A stretch of 64,000 nt of DNA, taken from a virus. The notes below the pieces were generated by a model. It saw only the letters and a list, made by a program, of their open reading frames with translations. It did no database searches and had not been told where the DNA came from. The translations under genes and the position numbers were made by a program. Below, one piece after another: positions 44,411 to 54,230 of this stretch (positions within the stretch are counted from its first letter, which is position 1; every line of letters starts with the position of its first letter). The stretch is taken from the IMG/VR virus record IMGVR_UViG_3300029585_000037, positions 1 through 64,000 of that record. One strand, written 5' to 3'.

Positions 44411-45250
44411 ATGAGTAAATTATTCTTAGAAACAGAAGACTTCAATGGAAGACTTAATAAAAGTATCTTCACTAACATTGAAAAAGGAATGAGTCAAAAA
44501 GAATTTGACAATATGTATCCATCTGCTAATTTCGATGTATTTGAAAAATCTGTAGTTGAGGGATATATTTTAGATACCTATAAAGCTACTGGTGGAGAGA
44601 TTGTTAAAGGTAGTTTTAATGATACTCCAGAAATAGCTAAAGCACTTGCTCATATGAAAGAGCAAATATCAGGATTATCACCTGTTAACATTTCAGATAA
44701 TGGTGTTAAAAAAGAAGTTTTTGTAATGTTGAAAGCAAAATCTGAAGAGGGTGATGATAAATTACAAAAGGGTAAGATAGCTAACAATTTAATGTATAGC
44801 GATGCTGGAGCAATAGAGTTTGAAAAAACAGGTGAAGAGATTAAAACGCAAGTATCAGCCTTAAAACTTATTGAAAAGAATAAGTGTAAGGAATTAGCTG
44901 ATAAGTTAAGCGAAATGCAGACTAAATTTAAAGAAAATCCTACTGAGGATTGTTATAAGTATGGTTTAGCTGCTGATATAGAATGTCCTTACAAATGTTT
45001 TAATTGGAACTTGACTTACTTTGATGCTGGAGAGAACATGAACAGTTCTTTTGAAAATTCAGATGGTAGTTATTCTAACAGAGTAGCTTCAGAAGAGGAT
45101 GCTCAATTCCATAGAGAATGGAATAACACTGTAGAAAAATGGATTGATTGTCATGCTGAGATAAAAGCAATAGAGGTTTATGAAAATAACCTTAAAGATG
45201 ATAAGACATATAAACTAACTGCTAATCAAATGTTATTCTTTGGGTTTTAA
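44411..45250 (+). CDS. hypothetical protein
   Basis: 279-aa ORF, terminator downstream. Confidence 0.55.
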   Translation: MSKLFLETEDFNGRLNKSIFTNIEKGMSQKEFDNMYPSANFDVFEKSVVEGYILDTYKATGGEIVKGSFNDTPEIAKALAHMKEQISGLSPVNISDNGVKKEVFVMLKAKSEEGDDKLQKGKIANNLMYSDAGAIEFEKTGEEIKTQVSALKLIEKNKCKELADKLSEMQTKFKENPTEDCYKYGLAADIECPYKCFNWNLTYFDAGENMNSSFENSDGSYSNRVASEEDAQFHREWNNTVEKWIDCHAEIKAIEVYENNLKDDKTYKLTANQMLFFGF

Positions 45251-45274
45251 TTGTTTGTAATTTGAAGTTAGTCG

Positions 45275-45304
45275 AAAATGCCTGTGTAATGCGGGCATTT
45301 TTTA
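45275..45304 (+). terminator. rho-independent terminator
   Basis: AAAATGCCTG/CGGGCATTTT stem (one U-G), 7-nt loop, T run. Confidence 0.65.
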
Positions 45305-45324
45305 TCCATCGTTACTAAATAAAA

Positions 45325-45678
45325 ATGAGTTTAGCATTATTTAGAGGCAAAGGCAAAGTAAAAAGCATTGGAGAGCCTGTTCATTTCGATAACGGAATAA
45401 CTTTACTTAATATAGAAGTAGAAATGGAGCATTCTAACCAGATTTTACCATTCTATCTGGTAGATACCAAAGATAAGCCGAGAACTTTTAATATGATTCA
45501 AAAACATTTTGGGAAATATGGTGCTTTTGAAATAGATGAAGAAATACAATTCGATTACAATGTTATAGTAAAAGATAAGGACAAAGGATTGTGTAAGATG
45601 AAAATTTGGTCAATATATAATAGAGTTCTAAAAAATGTGGAAAGACAAGATAAGACAACAAGTAAAACAAGGAAGTAA
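45325..45678 (+). CDS. hypothetical protein
   Basis: 117-aa ORF. Confidence 0.5.
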   Translation: MSLALFRGKGKVKSIGEPVHFDNGITLLNIEVEMEHSNQILPFYLVDTKDKPRTFNMIQKHFGKYGAFEIDEEIQFDYNVIVKDKDKGLCKMKIWSIYNRVLKNVERQDKTTSKTRK

Positions 45679-45871
45679 GTTAAGAAAAATACATTCTGAA
45701 CTCAAGAAATTGATTAAAGTAATGTTGCTTGGAGATACTGAATTTGATTTGATATATTCTTCAAGTAGAGATCAGTATGTATTTATAAGACCAAAAACAA
45801 AGTTATCTAAGAAGACATCTAAGTTGCTATTAATGAATGGATACAAAAAACTTTATTTAACATGGAAATGA
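45635..45871 (+). CDS. hypothetical basic protein (start uncertain)
   Basis: 78-aa ORF; alternative Met at 45722. Confidence 0.4.
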   Translation: MWKDKIRQQVKQGSKLRKIHSELKKLIKVMLLGDTEFDLIYSSSRDQYVFIRPKTKLSKKTSKLLLMNGYKKLYLTWK

Positions 45872-46098
45872 GAAACAGAATTTTAGTAGTGATATTTCTG
45901 GTAGTGGGAATATTAGGAGTGATATTTTTTACAGGTGATGATATAACTCCACAAAGAGAGCCTATATTTGATATAATAGACAAGAACAAAAATCTTGAAA
46001 AAGAAGTGGATACATTGAAAATAGAAATTGATTCACTTGAAAATCAAATTGATACTCTTAATTTAGAATTAGACAAAATACGTGCACATAATATTTAG
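45862..46098 (+). CDS. membrane-anchored coiled-coil protein
   Basis: TM ILVVIFLVVGILGVIFF then heptad-like LEKEVDTLKIEIDSLENQIDTLNLELDKI. Confidence 0.5.
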   Translation: MEMRNRILVVIFLVVGILGVIFFTGDDITPQREPIFDIIDKNKNLEKEVDTLKIEIDSLENQIDTLNLELDKIRAHNI

Positions 46099-46138
46099 AA
46101 GTTTTACAGATATTTAAAATTGTAGAACTTAATATATA

Positions 46139-47155
46139 ATGGCATACGAGCGCAAGAATTGGTATCATCTTCTACCAAGTGATAAAAAGGAATTAGATAA
46201 GAAAAATCTAAAATTGTTTTTCAATTTAATGATTGAAAGACAAGATATTTGGTATAAAAGATTTTTATTAGGACAACCTGCTCCATGGACTAAAAATAAA
46301 TTCTTCAAAAATCACAAGTTTACAAATGTTTATAGAGAATTAGACCGTAATTCTCAGTGGCTTATACAAAATGTAATTCTAAAAGAAAAAGATAAAAGAA
46401 ATCTTGTATGGAAAATACTTTTATACAGGATTTTCAACAATCCAGAATTATTTATTTGGATATCATTCCAAGAAACTTCATTTAATAGCTATTTTCCAGA
46501 CTTTAAGGAATATGATAGAGATGAATTAGCTAATCTAATAATAGAATATAGAGAATTGGGTAAAAAGCCATTTACATCAGCTTATTTCATCAATCCTAAT
46601 TGTAGAGGTATGACTAGAACTGAACATTACGCTAAGAATGTAGTGTTTGATTTATACAATTCTGTAGAAGATGTATTGCAAATAATGGAAAATTCTAATG
46701 ATCCAGAAGATTTAATACAAAGACTTGAAAAGTGCAGAGCAGTGGCGAGTTTTATATCACATGAGTTCTACCAAGATTTTACTTATCCAGAAATTTATAC
46801 AGGAAAGTCTTTAATGAACTTTGATCAAGATGATTATACGAATGTGGGAGATGGCGCAGCACTTGGAATACGTTTGATATTTCCATCACTTGTAGGTAAA
46901 AAACAAAAAGAAGCAATTTACATTTTACGTGATTATGGTAATGATTATCTTGAGTCACATGGCTTTAAATTTCTGGTATGGAATATTGATAAGCAAAAGT
47001 ATGAGGTGTCTAATAAAGGTAGTATAACTTTACACCAAGTGGAGATGTGGTTGTGTGAGTTCGGCAAGTATTGGAAAATGAAAGTTGGGCTGGGGAAACA
47101 ACGTGGAAAATTCATACCGAGAACCATCGCCACACGTCAACCTCGAAACATGTAA
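46139..47155 (+). CDS. aGPT-Pplase-like protein (alpha-glutamyl/putrescinyl thymine pyrophosphorylase family; DNA base hypermodification)
   Basis: N-terminal block IERQDIWYKRFLLGQPAPWTKNKFFKNHKFTNVYRELDRNSQWL matches the remembered family signature ER..I...R..G.P.PWT.D.I....+FTNVYRE.DR.T.W. Confidence 0.55.
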   Translation: MAYERKNWYHLLPSDKKELDKKNLKLFFNLMIERQDIWYKRFLLGQPAPWTKNKFFKNHKFTNVYRELDRNSQWLIQNVILKEKDKRNLVWKILLYRIFNNPELFIWISFQETSFNSYFPDFKEYDRDELANLIIEYRELGKKPFTSAYFINPNCRGMTRTEHYAKNVVFDLYNSVEDVLQIMENSNDPEDLIQRLEKCRAVASFISHEFYQDFTYPEIYTGKSLMNFDQDDYTNVGDGAALGIRLIFPSLVGKKQKEAIYILRDYGNDYLESHGFKFLVWNIDKQKYEVSNKGSITLHQVEMWLCEFGKYWKMKVGLGKQRGKFIPRTIATRQPRNM

Positions 47156-47158
47156 TTA

Positions 47159-47169
47159 CAGTTATTACT
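47159..47169 (+). promoter_or_regulatory. CAGTTATTACT post-stop box
   Basis: 3 nt after the TAA at 47153-47155; AATTAAAATC follows at 47182. Confidence 0.25.
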
Positions 47170-47199
47170 TATTCAATAAATAATTAAAATCATAAAATT

Positions 47200-47535
47200 A
47201 TGAATGCTGATACAAGAATTTTCGGAGTTATAAACAAAGAAGATGAAACAATTTCATGTGAGATCAAAGGACTTGCAGTGAAAGAAAAGGAGATAGTAGT
47301 GTCTCATGTTCAATTTTCTGAAGGATGGTTAGAACAAAAAGCTGCAGAAGACAATACAAGTAGTGTGTTGGAAACAATTTCTTTTCATCCAGAACAGGAA
47401 TTAACACAAACAGAAATTAAAGAATTTTTTGAAACTGAAGATGACAAAGAAAACTTTAATTGGGAAGTTAAGAATTTAATAACAGGTGAAGTTTTATTAG
47501 AAGCAACTGAAGCTGAACCAGAACAAGGATTATAA
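47200..47535 (+). CDS. acidic hypothetical protein
   Basis: 111-aa ORF. Confidence 0.5.
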   Translation: MNADTRIFGVINKEDETISCEIKGLAVKEKEIVVSHVQFSEGWLEQKAAEDNTSSVLETISFHPEQELTQTEIKEFFETEDDKENFNWEVKNLITGEVLLEATEAEPEQGL

Positions 47536-47537
47536 TC

Positions 47538-49097
47538 ATGTCAGAAATTAATCAGAATATTCAGAAAAAAGAATTTGAGAGACGTTTGCACATTCTTAAA
47601 GGCTTTACAAACATTGATGAAATAGCTAATGTGCACATTCAACAGCTTGAAAAGGCAGTAGGTAGCGAGAATATTTATGAATATTCTGGTTTACAAAAAC
47701 TGACTCAAGATGTATTAGCTAAAGGAGACAAGGCTGAAATTTTTAAGGCTAAAAAATTCATCAATGAACTCAATCCAGTTAATGTAATTGGAGAAGATGG
47801 TTTACCTACAACTGTATTCCTTGAAAAAGGACATATGGATTTTTCTAATTCACGCACCTATGCAGACAACGCTGAAAATCGTAAGAAAAACAGAGTAGGT
47901 CAGCAGTATGGTGGGCGTAATGTAGAAGATAAGAATGTAGATAATTCTACTAAAGATAATGATCCACCTAAAGAACAAAATGAGGGTGCTAAGGATTATG
48001 ATAAAAGTCCTGAAGACTGGGTTACTGAGACCTCTTCTGAAGATTTAAAGAAGTTCGTAGATACTGCAGATGACAGTCAGATAGAACTCATAGAATTAGC
48101 TGAGGAAGAGTTAATGAACAGAGGTGAGTACGGAACTGATCCAGATAATGATCCAGGCAATCCTGAAAATCAAAATTCTGAAACAAATCAAGAACAGGAA
48201 GATGAGGCTGGAAGATATGATGATGAATTATCTTTAGATGAGATGAATAGGATGTTTTGGGATTTACCAGATGATCAAAGAGAACAAATAATTGGCGACA
48301 GTATCAGACATAATGTTTCTCCAATTACGGCTATGAAATTTCAAAATATGCATGTTCGTAATAATGAAGAAACTCACGCTAAAATAGATGCTGCACAAGC
48401 CGCATTAGACGAGTTAAAAGGAGCAACTGGCCATCCTGATACTAATTCTGAGACAGTTTCTGAAGATGAAGTTAAGGCTTGGGTGAGAGGTGAAGCAGAA
48501 CTTGACAAGGAACAATTAGAACAATTTTTATTCGATAATCCTAATTTTGCACAAGCTGATATACTTAAAAATGAATTAGCTAATTGGGATGAAGAAGATG
48601 TTGAAGATATGGATAATGATTCAGAAAGTTCTAAAATAGCTGATCAAGTTGAAAAAGAAACTTATACAGATGATGGCAGTCAATATAAAAAAGATGTTCA
48701 AAAAGATGAACAATCTTACAAAGATCAAGTTGATTCAGATGAAGCACAAGAAATAAATGATAAAATAGATGATTTTACTGATGATATAATTGATTCTTTG
48801 AATTCTGATGATATAGACTCAATTATAAATTCTATAGAACATTATCAAGAGTCATATCTTGGAACAATGAACAAATTATTATTACCTTTAAGTGAAGAAC
48901 AAAAATCTAAGGTAAATGAAATTTGGAATGAATATTCAGGAAATGAAGGTAGATTTGAAGATTATGAAAAAGGTTTCTTTGATTCAGAAGATAAGGAACA
49001 AGCTGAACAATTAGCATCTAAGATAGGTGGAGAAATAGAAGAACAAGGTGGTTTAATATATGTTTACGACAAAGATGGTAACATATATAATGGATAA
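47538..49097 (+). CDS. large highly acidic protein upstream of portal (possible scaffold/ejected protein)
   Basis: 519 aa, D/E/N/Q-rich; contains RTYADNAENRKKNRVGQQYGG (nt 47856-47915). Confidence 0.6.
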   Translation: MSEINQNIQKKEFERRLHILKGFTNIDEIANVHIQQLEKAVGSENIYEYSGLQKLTQDVLAKGDKAEIFKAKKFINELNPVNVIGEDGLPTTVFLEKGHMDFSNSRTYADNAENRKKNRVGQQYGGRNVEDKNVDNSTKDNDPPKEQNEGAKDYDKSPEDWVTETSSEDLKKFVDTADDSQIELIELAEEELMNRGEYGTDPDNDPGNPENQNSETNQEQEDEAGRYDDELSLDEMNRMFWDLPDDQREQIIGDSIRHNVSPITAMKFQNMHVRNNEETHAKIDAAQAALDELKGATGHPDTNSETVSEDEVKAWVRGEAELDKEQLEQFLFDNPNFAQADILKNELANWDEEDVEDMDNDSESSKIADQVEKETYTDDGSQYKKDVQKDEQSYKDQVDSDEAQEINDKIDDFTDDIIDSLNSDDIDSIINSIEHYQESYLGTMNKLLLPLSEEQKSKVNEIWNEYSGNEGRFEDYEKGFFDSEDKEQAEQLASKIGGEIEEQGGLIYVYDKDGNIYNG

Positions 49098-49114
49098 ATA
49101 AAGTAAAGTAATTT

Positions 49115-50713
49115 ATGTCTAAGATAGCTAAACAACTTGAAGCAACTGAGAAACTTCAACAGAAACTTATGGTAAAACAAGGTATTCTGATGGAGAAGGC
49201 ATTGTCTTCAAGTTCACCTACAGACATTCTAAGAGCTCAAAAGACATTAGAGTTCATAGAACAAAGGAAACAGAGTCAAAAGAAATCATTTATTGTTGAT
49301 CCTTTAGATTTTCAATCTAATTTTGGTTATAAGGATAAACCATTTTCTATGAGTTATAATACTCTTAGAGCAATGTCTAAAACACCTATAATCAACGCTA
49401 TCATAAAGACACGTAAAAATCAGATAGCTGATTTTGCAGAGCCTCAAGCTGATAAGTATTCTACTGGATTTGTAATTCGTAAGAAACGTAAACTTGGAAA
49501 AGAAGAGGATGATGAGACAACTCCAGAAGAGTGGGCTAAAATAGAGTATATACAAGACTTTATTTTGAATTGCGGTCGCAATCAATCTTGGGAGGGTGAT
49601 GATTTTGAAACCTTTATACGTAAGGTAGTAGAAGATAGCTTAACATATGATCAAATGACTTTTGAAGTTGTTAGAGACCATTCTGGAGATTTATTTGAAT
49701 TCTTTGCTACAGATGCATCTACTTTTAGAGTAGCTGATAGTTATGATGATGACGAATATGATAAGGATGAGCGTGAAGAGGTTATGGGATATTACCCATC
49801 TTATGTTCAGGTTTATAATAATGAGATAAAATCTGAATTTTATCCTTGGGAATTATGCTTTGGAGTTAGAAATCCATCTACTAATTTATATAATGTGGGT
49901 TATGGCGTATCTGAGCTGGAAGAACTGGTTGCTACAGTCACTTCTATGCTTTGGGCTGAGGATTATAATAAAAAGTTCTTTTCACAAGGTAGTGCACCAA
50001 AAGGATTATTGAAAGTTAAGGCTGGTAATGTTAGTGAAAAACAACTTTCTGCTTTCAGACAAGAATGGCAGGCAATGTTAACAGGTGTGCAGAACTCTTG
50101 GAAAACACCGATAGTAGATGCAGACATAGATTGGATAGACCTGCAAAAGAACAATAGAGATATGGAGTACACTCAATGGATGGACTATCTTATCAAAATT
50201 TCTTGTGCAATCTATTCTATGGATCCAAATGAGATAGGGTTCAATATTTCTAACTCATCTACAGGTGGGTCAACATTTGAGTCTAATAATGAACAAAAAT
50301 TAAAGCATTCAAAAGACAAAGGATTATATCCTATATTAAAGTTTATACAAAGAAAAATTAACAAATACATAGTAGGTCAGATTGATCCAGATTATGAATT
50401 TGTATTTGCAGGACTAAATGGAATGACTCTTGAAGAAGAGTTAGATGTAGAAGTTAAAAAGCTATCTAATTTCCAAACCTTAAATGAGACACGTAAGAAA
50501 TTTGGTATGAGTGAAATAGAGGGTGGAGACATCGTACTTAATCCTACATTTACTCAAAATCAAATGATGCAACAGCAACAAGAAATGGGAATGGGTCAAA
50601 ATCCATTTATGATAGATGATGAGTCTGAAGATGATAACAATAATCCTTTTTTACAGGATGACGATGAAGATGGAAATAATCCATTCTTGAAATCGTTTCT
50701 AAATAACTTATAA
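49115..50713 (+). CDS. Portal protein
   Basis: 532 aa; N-terminal FSMSYNTLRAMSKTPIINAIIKTRKNQIADFA resembles the Phage_portal start; acidic/Q-rich C-terminus. Confidence 0.6.
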   Translation: MSKIAKQLEATEKLQQKLMVKQGILMEKALSSSSPTDILRAQKTLEFIEQRKQSQKKSFIVDPLDFQSNFGYKDKPFSMSYNTLRAMSKTPIINAIIKTRKNQIADFAEPQADKYSTGFVIRKKRKLGKEEDDETTPEEWAKIEYIQDFILNCGRNQSWEGDDFETFIRKVVEDSLTYDQMTFEVVRDHSGDLFEFFATDASTFRVADSYDDDEYDKDEREEVMGYYPSYVQVYNNEIKSEFYPWELCFGVRNPSTNLYNVGYGVSELEELVATVTSMLWAEDYNKKFFSQGSAPKGLLKVKAGNVSEKQLSAFRQEWQAMLTGVQNSWKTPIVDADIDWIDLQKNNRDMEYTQWMDYLIKISCAIYSMDPNEIGFNISNSSTGGSTFESNNEQKLKHSKDKGLYPILKFIQRKINKYIVGQIDPDYEFVFAGLNGMTLEEELDVEVKKLSNFQTLNETRKKFGMSEIEGGDIVLNPTFTQNQMMQQQQEMGMGQNPFMIDDESEDDNNNPFLQDDDEDGNNPFLKSFLNNL

Positions 50714-50714
50714 T

Positions 50715-52391
50715 ATGTCAGGAAACAGCGGCAGAGGTACAAAGAATTTAGGCTTAATGAAAGCTATTCATGTAGGTGTTAACCCACCTTTGAATACAAA
50801 AATTCTTTGGTACAACGATAATACAGAGCCTTATACTACTGGGCCAGCAAAAGTACATTATTTCTATAATGTTATAAATTCTCAATGGGAGCCATTATAT
50901 GGGCAAGGAACAGGTAGTGGTAATTTTGGTTATATGTCTTATGCATCAGATTGTAAAGGTGCTGATTTTTCTTTGGAATTAGATACTGAAATTCATACTC
51001 ATTGGGCTTTAGTTATTTCTGATAATGAAATACAGCAGAACCAGCTAATTCCATCTTTATTCGATGGAAGATGGACTAAGTATTGCAGTGATGAATCAGT
51101 AGGTGGTGGAAATTATACTTATATTGCTTATGCAGATGATTGTGATGGAGATAATTTCAGCACTAATAGAATTTACAAAGTACCTTGCAGTGATTGTGAA
51201 TTGATATCTTCAGCTGAGAAAATAGAAGGCAGTGAATCAATAATAAAGACTTATAATGGAGATGGCTCATTTGATTTAGAGTTTGTCAATGCTAAACCAG
51301 GTGATAAGATATTATTGGACTTAGAAATGGGTGGAGAGCCTTTGATTGATTTTAGAACTTATTGTATAAAAGTACAAAAAGGTGATTTATCTGGAATAGT
51401 AGCCTTAAATTTAGATACAACTGATCAAGGAAGTTTTTATGTTAGTGGAGCTTCAGAACCAGAAGAGAAATTCATAGATGACAATGATGGTGGATCAAAA
51501 ATGTTAGTTTATCTACCAAATAATCAAAAGATAGAAACTATTACTGGAACTATAAGAGTATTTGTAGGAACTGAAGGTTGTTGTAGTGATAATGCAGGTG
51601 GAGCAGATTGTATAGCTTATAGAAAATGTTTTGCTATAATTACTTCAGAAGAACCTATTGATGAATTAACTGTAGATTTATTTGCTGGTAAATGGATTTG
51701 TAATTGTTGTTGTGATGATTCAAAAGATGATCCAAAAGTAAAAAATATAGAGGTTCAAGTAAAGTCTTTAAATGATTTTGTAAAAGAAGATAAGATTGAA
51801 CAAGACCAAAAAATTGAAGCTAATTCAAATAATATCATAAAAAATGCTGATAATCTGACATTAGTTGAACAAGAATTATTATTAGCTATACAAAATATTG
51901 ATAAAAATTATAGCCAACAAATAAACAATCTTAATCAGCAAATTTTAGATTTACAACAAGTTAATCAAGACCAGTCTGATCAAATTGAAGAATTGCAAAA
52001 TCAAGATATTGTAGCTATTGTAACACCTACAATAGAAGATTTAATTGAACAGAATAATACAGAGATACAATCTGATATACAAGATGTTCAAAATAATTTA
52101 CAAGAATTCATTAGTAATACCTATAATGTAGATCATGCTCAGGTTGTTGATGATATAGCTAATCTAAATGATAGAATAGATGAGCTTGAATTTACTCCAC
52201 CATTCTATAAGGATTTATTTGGAGATACAGTTACGATAGGTTCAGATGAACACGGAATACCTAAAGTATCTTCTGTATTTGTATTTGATAATGAGAAAAA
52301 ATCTGTAGAGGTAGATATAATTCTTGTAGATAATGATGTTACAATAAGACATAATGATAAATTAGATGGCTATTTTGCTATTATAAACTAA
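50715..52391 (+). CDS. tail fibre/spike-like structural protein
   Basis: Two copies of the Y..YA.D..G..FS module (FGYMSYASDCKGADFS, YTYIAYADDCDGDNFS), central Q/N-rich coiled coil, Cys clusters (GCCSD, CNCCCDD). Confidence 0.55.
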   Translation: MSGNSGRGTKNLGLMKAIHVGVNPPLNTKILWYNDNTEPYTTGPAKVHYFYNVINSQWEPLYGQGTGSGNFGYMSYASDCKGADFSLELDTEIHTHWALVISDNEIQQNQLIPSLFDGRWTKYCSDESVGGGNYTYIAYADDCDGDNFSTNRIYKVPCSDCELISSAEKIEGSESIIKTYNGDGSFDLEFVNAKPGDKILLDLEMGGEPLIDFRTYCIKVQKGDLSGIVALNLDTTDQGSFYVSGASEPEEKFIDDNDGGSKMLVYLPNNQKIETITGTIRVFVGTEGCCSDNAGGADCIAYRKCFAIITSEEPIDELTVDLFAGKWICNCCCDDSKDDPKVKNIEVQVKSLNDFVKEDKIEQDQKIEANSNNIIKNADNLTLVEQELLLAIQNIDKNYSQQINNLNQQILDLQQVNQDQSDQIEELQNQDIVAIVTPTIEDLIEQNNTEIQSDIQDVQNNLQEFISNTYNVDHAQVVDDIANLNDRIDELEFTPPFYKDLFGDTVTIGSDEHGIPKVSSVFVFDNEKKSVEVDIILVDNDVTIRHNDKLDGYFAIIN

Positions 52392-52397
52392 TAAACA

Positions 52398-53198
52398 ATG
52401 TATACAAAAGATTTTCATGTAGATACCGATGGTAATGGTAATAGACTTTTAAATTGGCTATTAGATCCATCTTGTGATTTAAAAGAATTACAAGGTGTAA
52501 AATCAATAGATAGCTTAAATTTAGTAAGTAATAATTTAGTCATTGCTTTTACAAAATTTGATGGTTCAACAGGAACAGTATCTCAAGATATGTCAGGATT
52601 TGCTGCAGATGTAAGTGTTGATAATGTTACATTTACTAATCCGAGTTCTGGAGTATGGAATTTAAATGTTATTGAAGATGACGGAACGACTCATACAGTA
52701 AATTTAGCATCACTTTTAGCAGTGGTAGTTAATTCGAGTTCAGAAATAACTTTAAATGGTAACGGCACACCAGAAAATCCTTTAACAGCGACTATAAAAG
52801 AGATTGCAGCTGATAAAATTCTATATGATAAAAGAAAGGTGGAATTATTAGATGCAGCTAATGTTCAAGAAGCAATAGATGAATTAGCTACAGATTATGA
52901 CAAGTTAGATAAAACAAGAAGATGGGTTTCATATAGAGTAGATGATCCACCTACACGTGTCGATATAGATTTGAATTTACCAGAGCCTATGGCTGATATG
53001 AGTTCTTTTATTATACAGTGTAAGGCTATAGATAAAGAAAAAAATAATGGTGAACTTGTAGAATTGAATGTAATTTTAAAAGGAATAAATAAAGTAGCTG
53101 TTTATCTTGAAAGTGAATTAAGATATCCAACATTAGCTGTAGAGATAAGTTATATAGTTGGACAACTTCCAATAGGTACTTTATATGTAAATAAATAA
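52398..53198 (+). CDS. structural (fibre-associated) hypothetical protein
   Basis: 266-aa ORF between two fibre-like genes. Confidence 0.5.
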   Translation: MYTKDFHVDTDGNGNRLLNWLLDPSCDLKELQGVKSIDSLNLVSNNLVIAFTKFDGSTGTVSQDMSGFAADVSVDNVTFTNPSSGVWNLNVIEDDGTTHTVNLASLLAVVVNSSSEITLNGNGTPENPLTATIKEIAADKILYDKRKVELLDAANVQEAIDELATDYDKLDKTRRWVSYRVDDPPTRVDIDLNLPEPMADMSSFIIQCKAIDKEKNNGELVELNVILKGINKVAVYLESELRYPTLAVEISYIVGQLPIGTLYVNK

Positions 53199-53204
53199 TA
53201 AATT

Positions 53205-54032
53205 ATGTGTTGCGGACAAAACGATATACAAAAAGGTAATTTTACTTACATCAGATATGCTACTGACAAAAATGGTAGTAATTTTTCTAAGAATAGAAAT
53301 GATGTTCAACATAAGAGATGTTATCAAGCTATCTATGTTTCAGATGTAGAATTAGATGAGACAAGTACTTTATTTCCAAACTATTTTAATGGGCTTTGGT
53401 TTAATATTTGTGATGTAGAACAAAGTAAAAATGATGATTTACGAATAATGTTTGAATGGGGTATTCGTAAAGAACAAGATGTTAAGGATCAATTAATAAT
53501 CAAAAGAAGTGATTTTTTCTCAAATGAATATGGATTGATTTTAGATTATGAATTACTTACAATTAAATTAAGTAATTTTGATACTGTAAAAGACAAAAAT
53601 CCTGTATTACTCATAGACCGATATAAGAGTAAGAAGTATAGAGGTATGGATCCAATTTCTGAAGGTTCAACAACGGATGAAAGAAAATACAGAAGAGCAG
53701 GATATAAACATGAAATTGACCCTCAATCAAATAATAGAATAAATGAGATACCTTTATTGAACTCTATACAAGATATAGATTTCAATCAGGATAGATATTT
53801 TAGATTTCAATCAGGATATGTATATCCATCTGGGTCACCTAAGATGCACAATAGAACAAGAAGATTTAATTGTGGATGGTGTTATTTATCATTTAGAGTT
53901 AGATATGTAGAAGATGGTAAGGTAATAGAAACAGGTTCATTAGGTCAGCTTAGAATGATGGTAAATGGAATATATGATGATAAAACAAGAGAAAAAGGTC
54001 AACCGTATAGATTGACATACAACTATAAATAA
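53205..54032 (+). CDS. fibre-module-containing structural protein
   Basis: N-terminus FTYIRYATDKNGSNFSKNR...CYQAIYVSD...YFNGLWFNIC repeats the module of the 50715 protein. Confidence 0.5.
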   Translation: MCCGQNDIQKGNFTYIRYATDKNGSNFSKNRNDVQHKRCYQAIYVSDVELDETSTLFPNYFNGLWFNICDVEQSKNDDLRIMFEWGIRKEQDVKDQLIIKRSDFFSNEYGLILDYELLTIKLSNFDTVKDKNPVLLIDRYKSKKYRGMDPISEGSTTDERKYRRAGYKHEIDPQSNNRINEIPLLNSIQDIDFNQDRYFRFQSGYVYPSGSPKMHNRTRRFNCGWCYLSFRVRYVEDGKVIETGSLGQLRMMVNGIYDDKTREKGQPYRLTYNYK

Positions 54033-54035
54033 GAT

Positions 54036-54230
54036 GTACTGGACTTGCAATATAGTTCAGTATAGTGAAGTTGGAGTGACGCTTAGTTTTAGTAGGTTCG
54101 CCTATTGAGATTAAGCTGAAAGCTAATTTCACTTGATAGGCAGCGATGTCTATCTTTAGTGGGAGTGTGAAAAACTAATCCTGATAAGGAGAGTTTGAAA
54201 ACCTGCCCTGATAAGGGTGGGTTGAAACAC
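54036..54230 (+). promoter_or_regulatory. structured, relatively GC-rich intergenic element upstream of the lysis cassette
   Basis: Hairpins TACTGGA/TTCAGTA and GCCTATTGAG...CTTGATAGGC (nested AGCT stem); tandem CCTGATAAGGAGAGTTTGAAAAC / CCTGATAAGGGTGGGTTGAAACAC at 54180-54230. Confidence 0.4.

Noticed and set aside
54180-54230. CRISPR-like or other repeat array
   Set aside because: There are only two imperfect tandem copies, with no spacer-repeat periodicity. The acidic-tract repeats at 7.6 kb are coding. No CRISPR array exists in the window.
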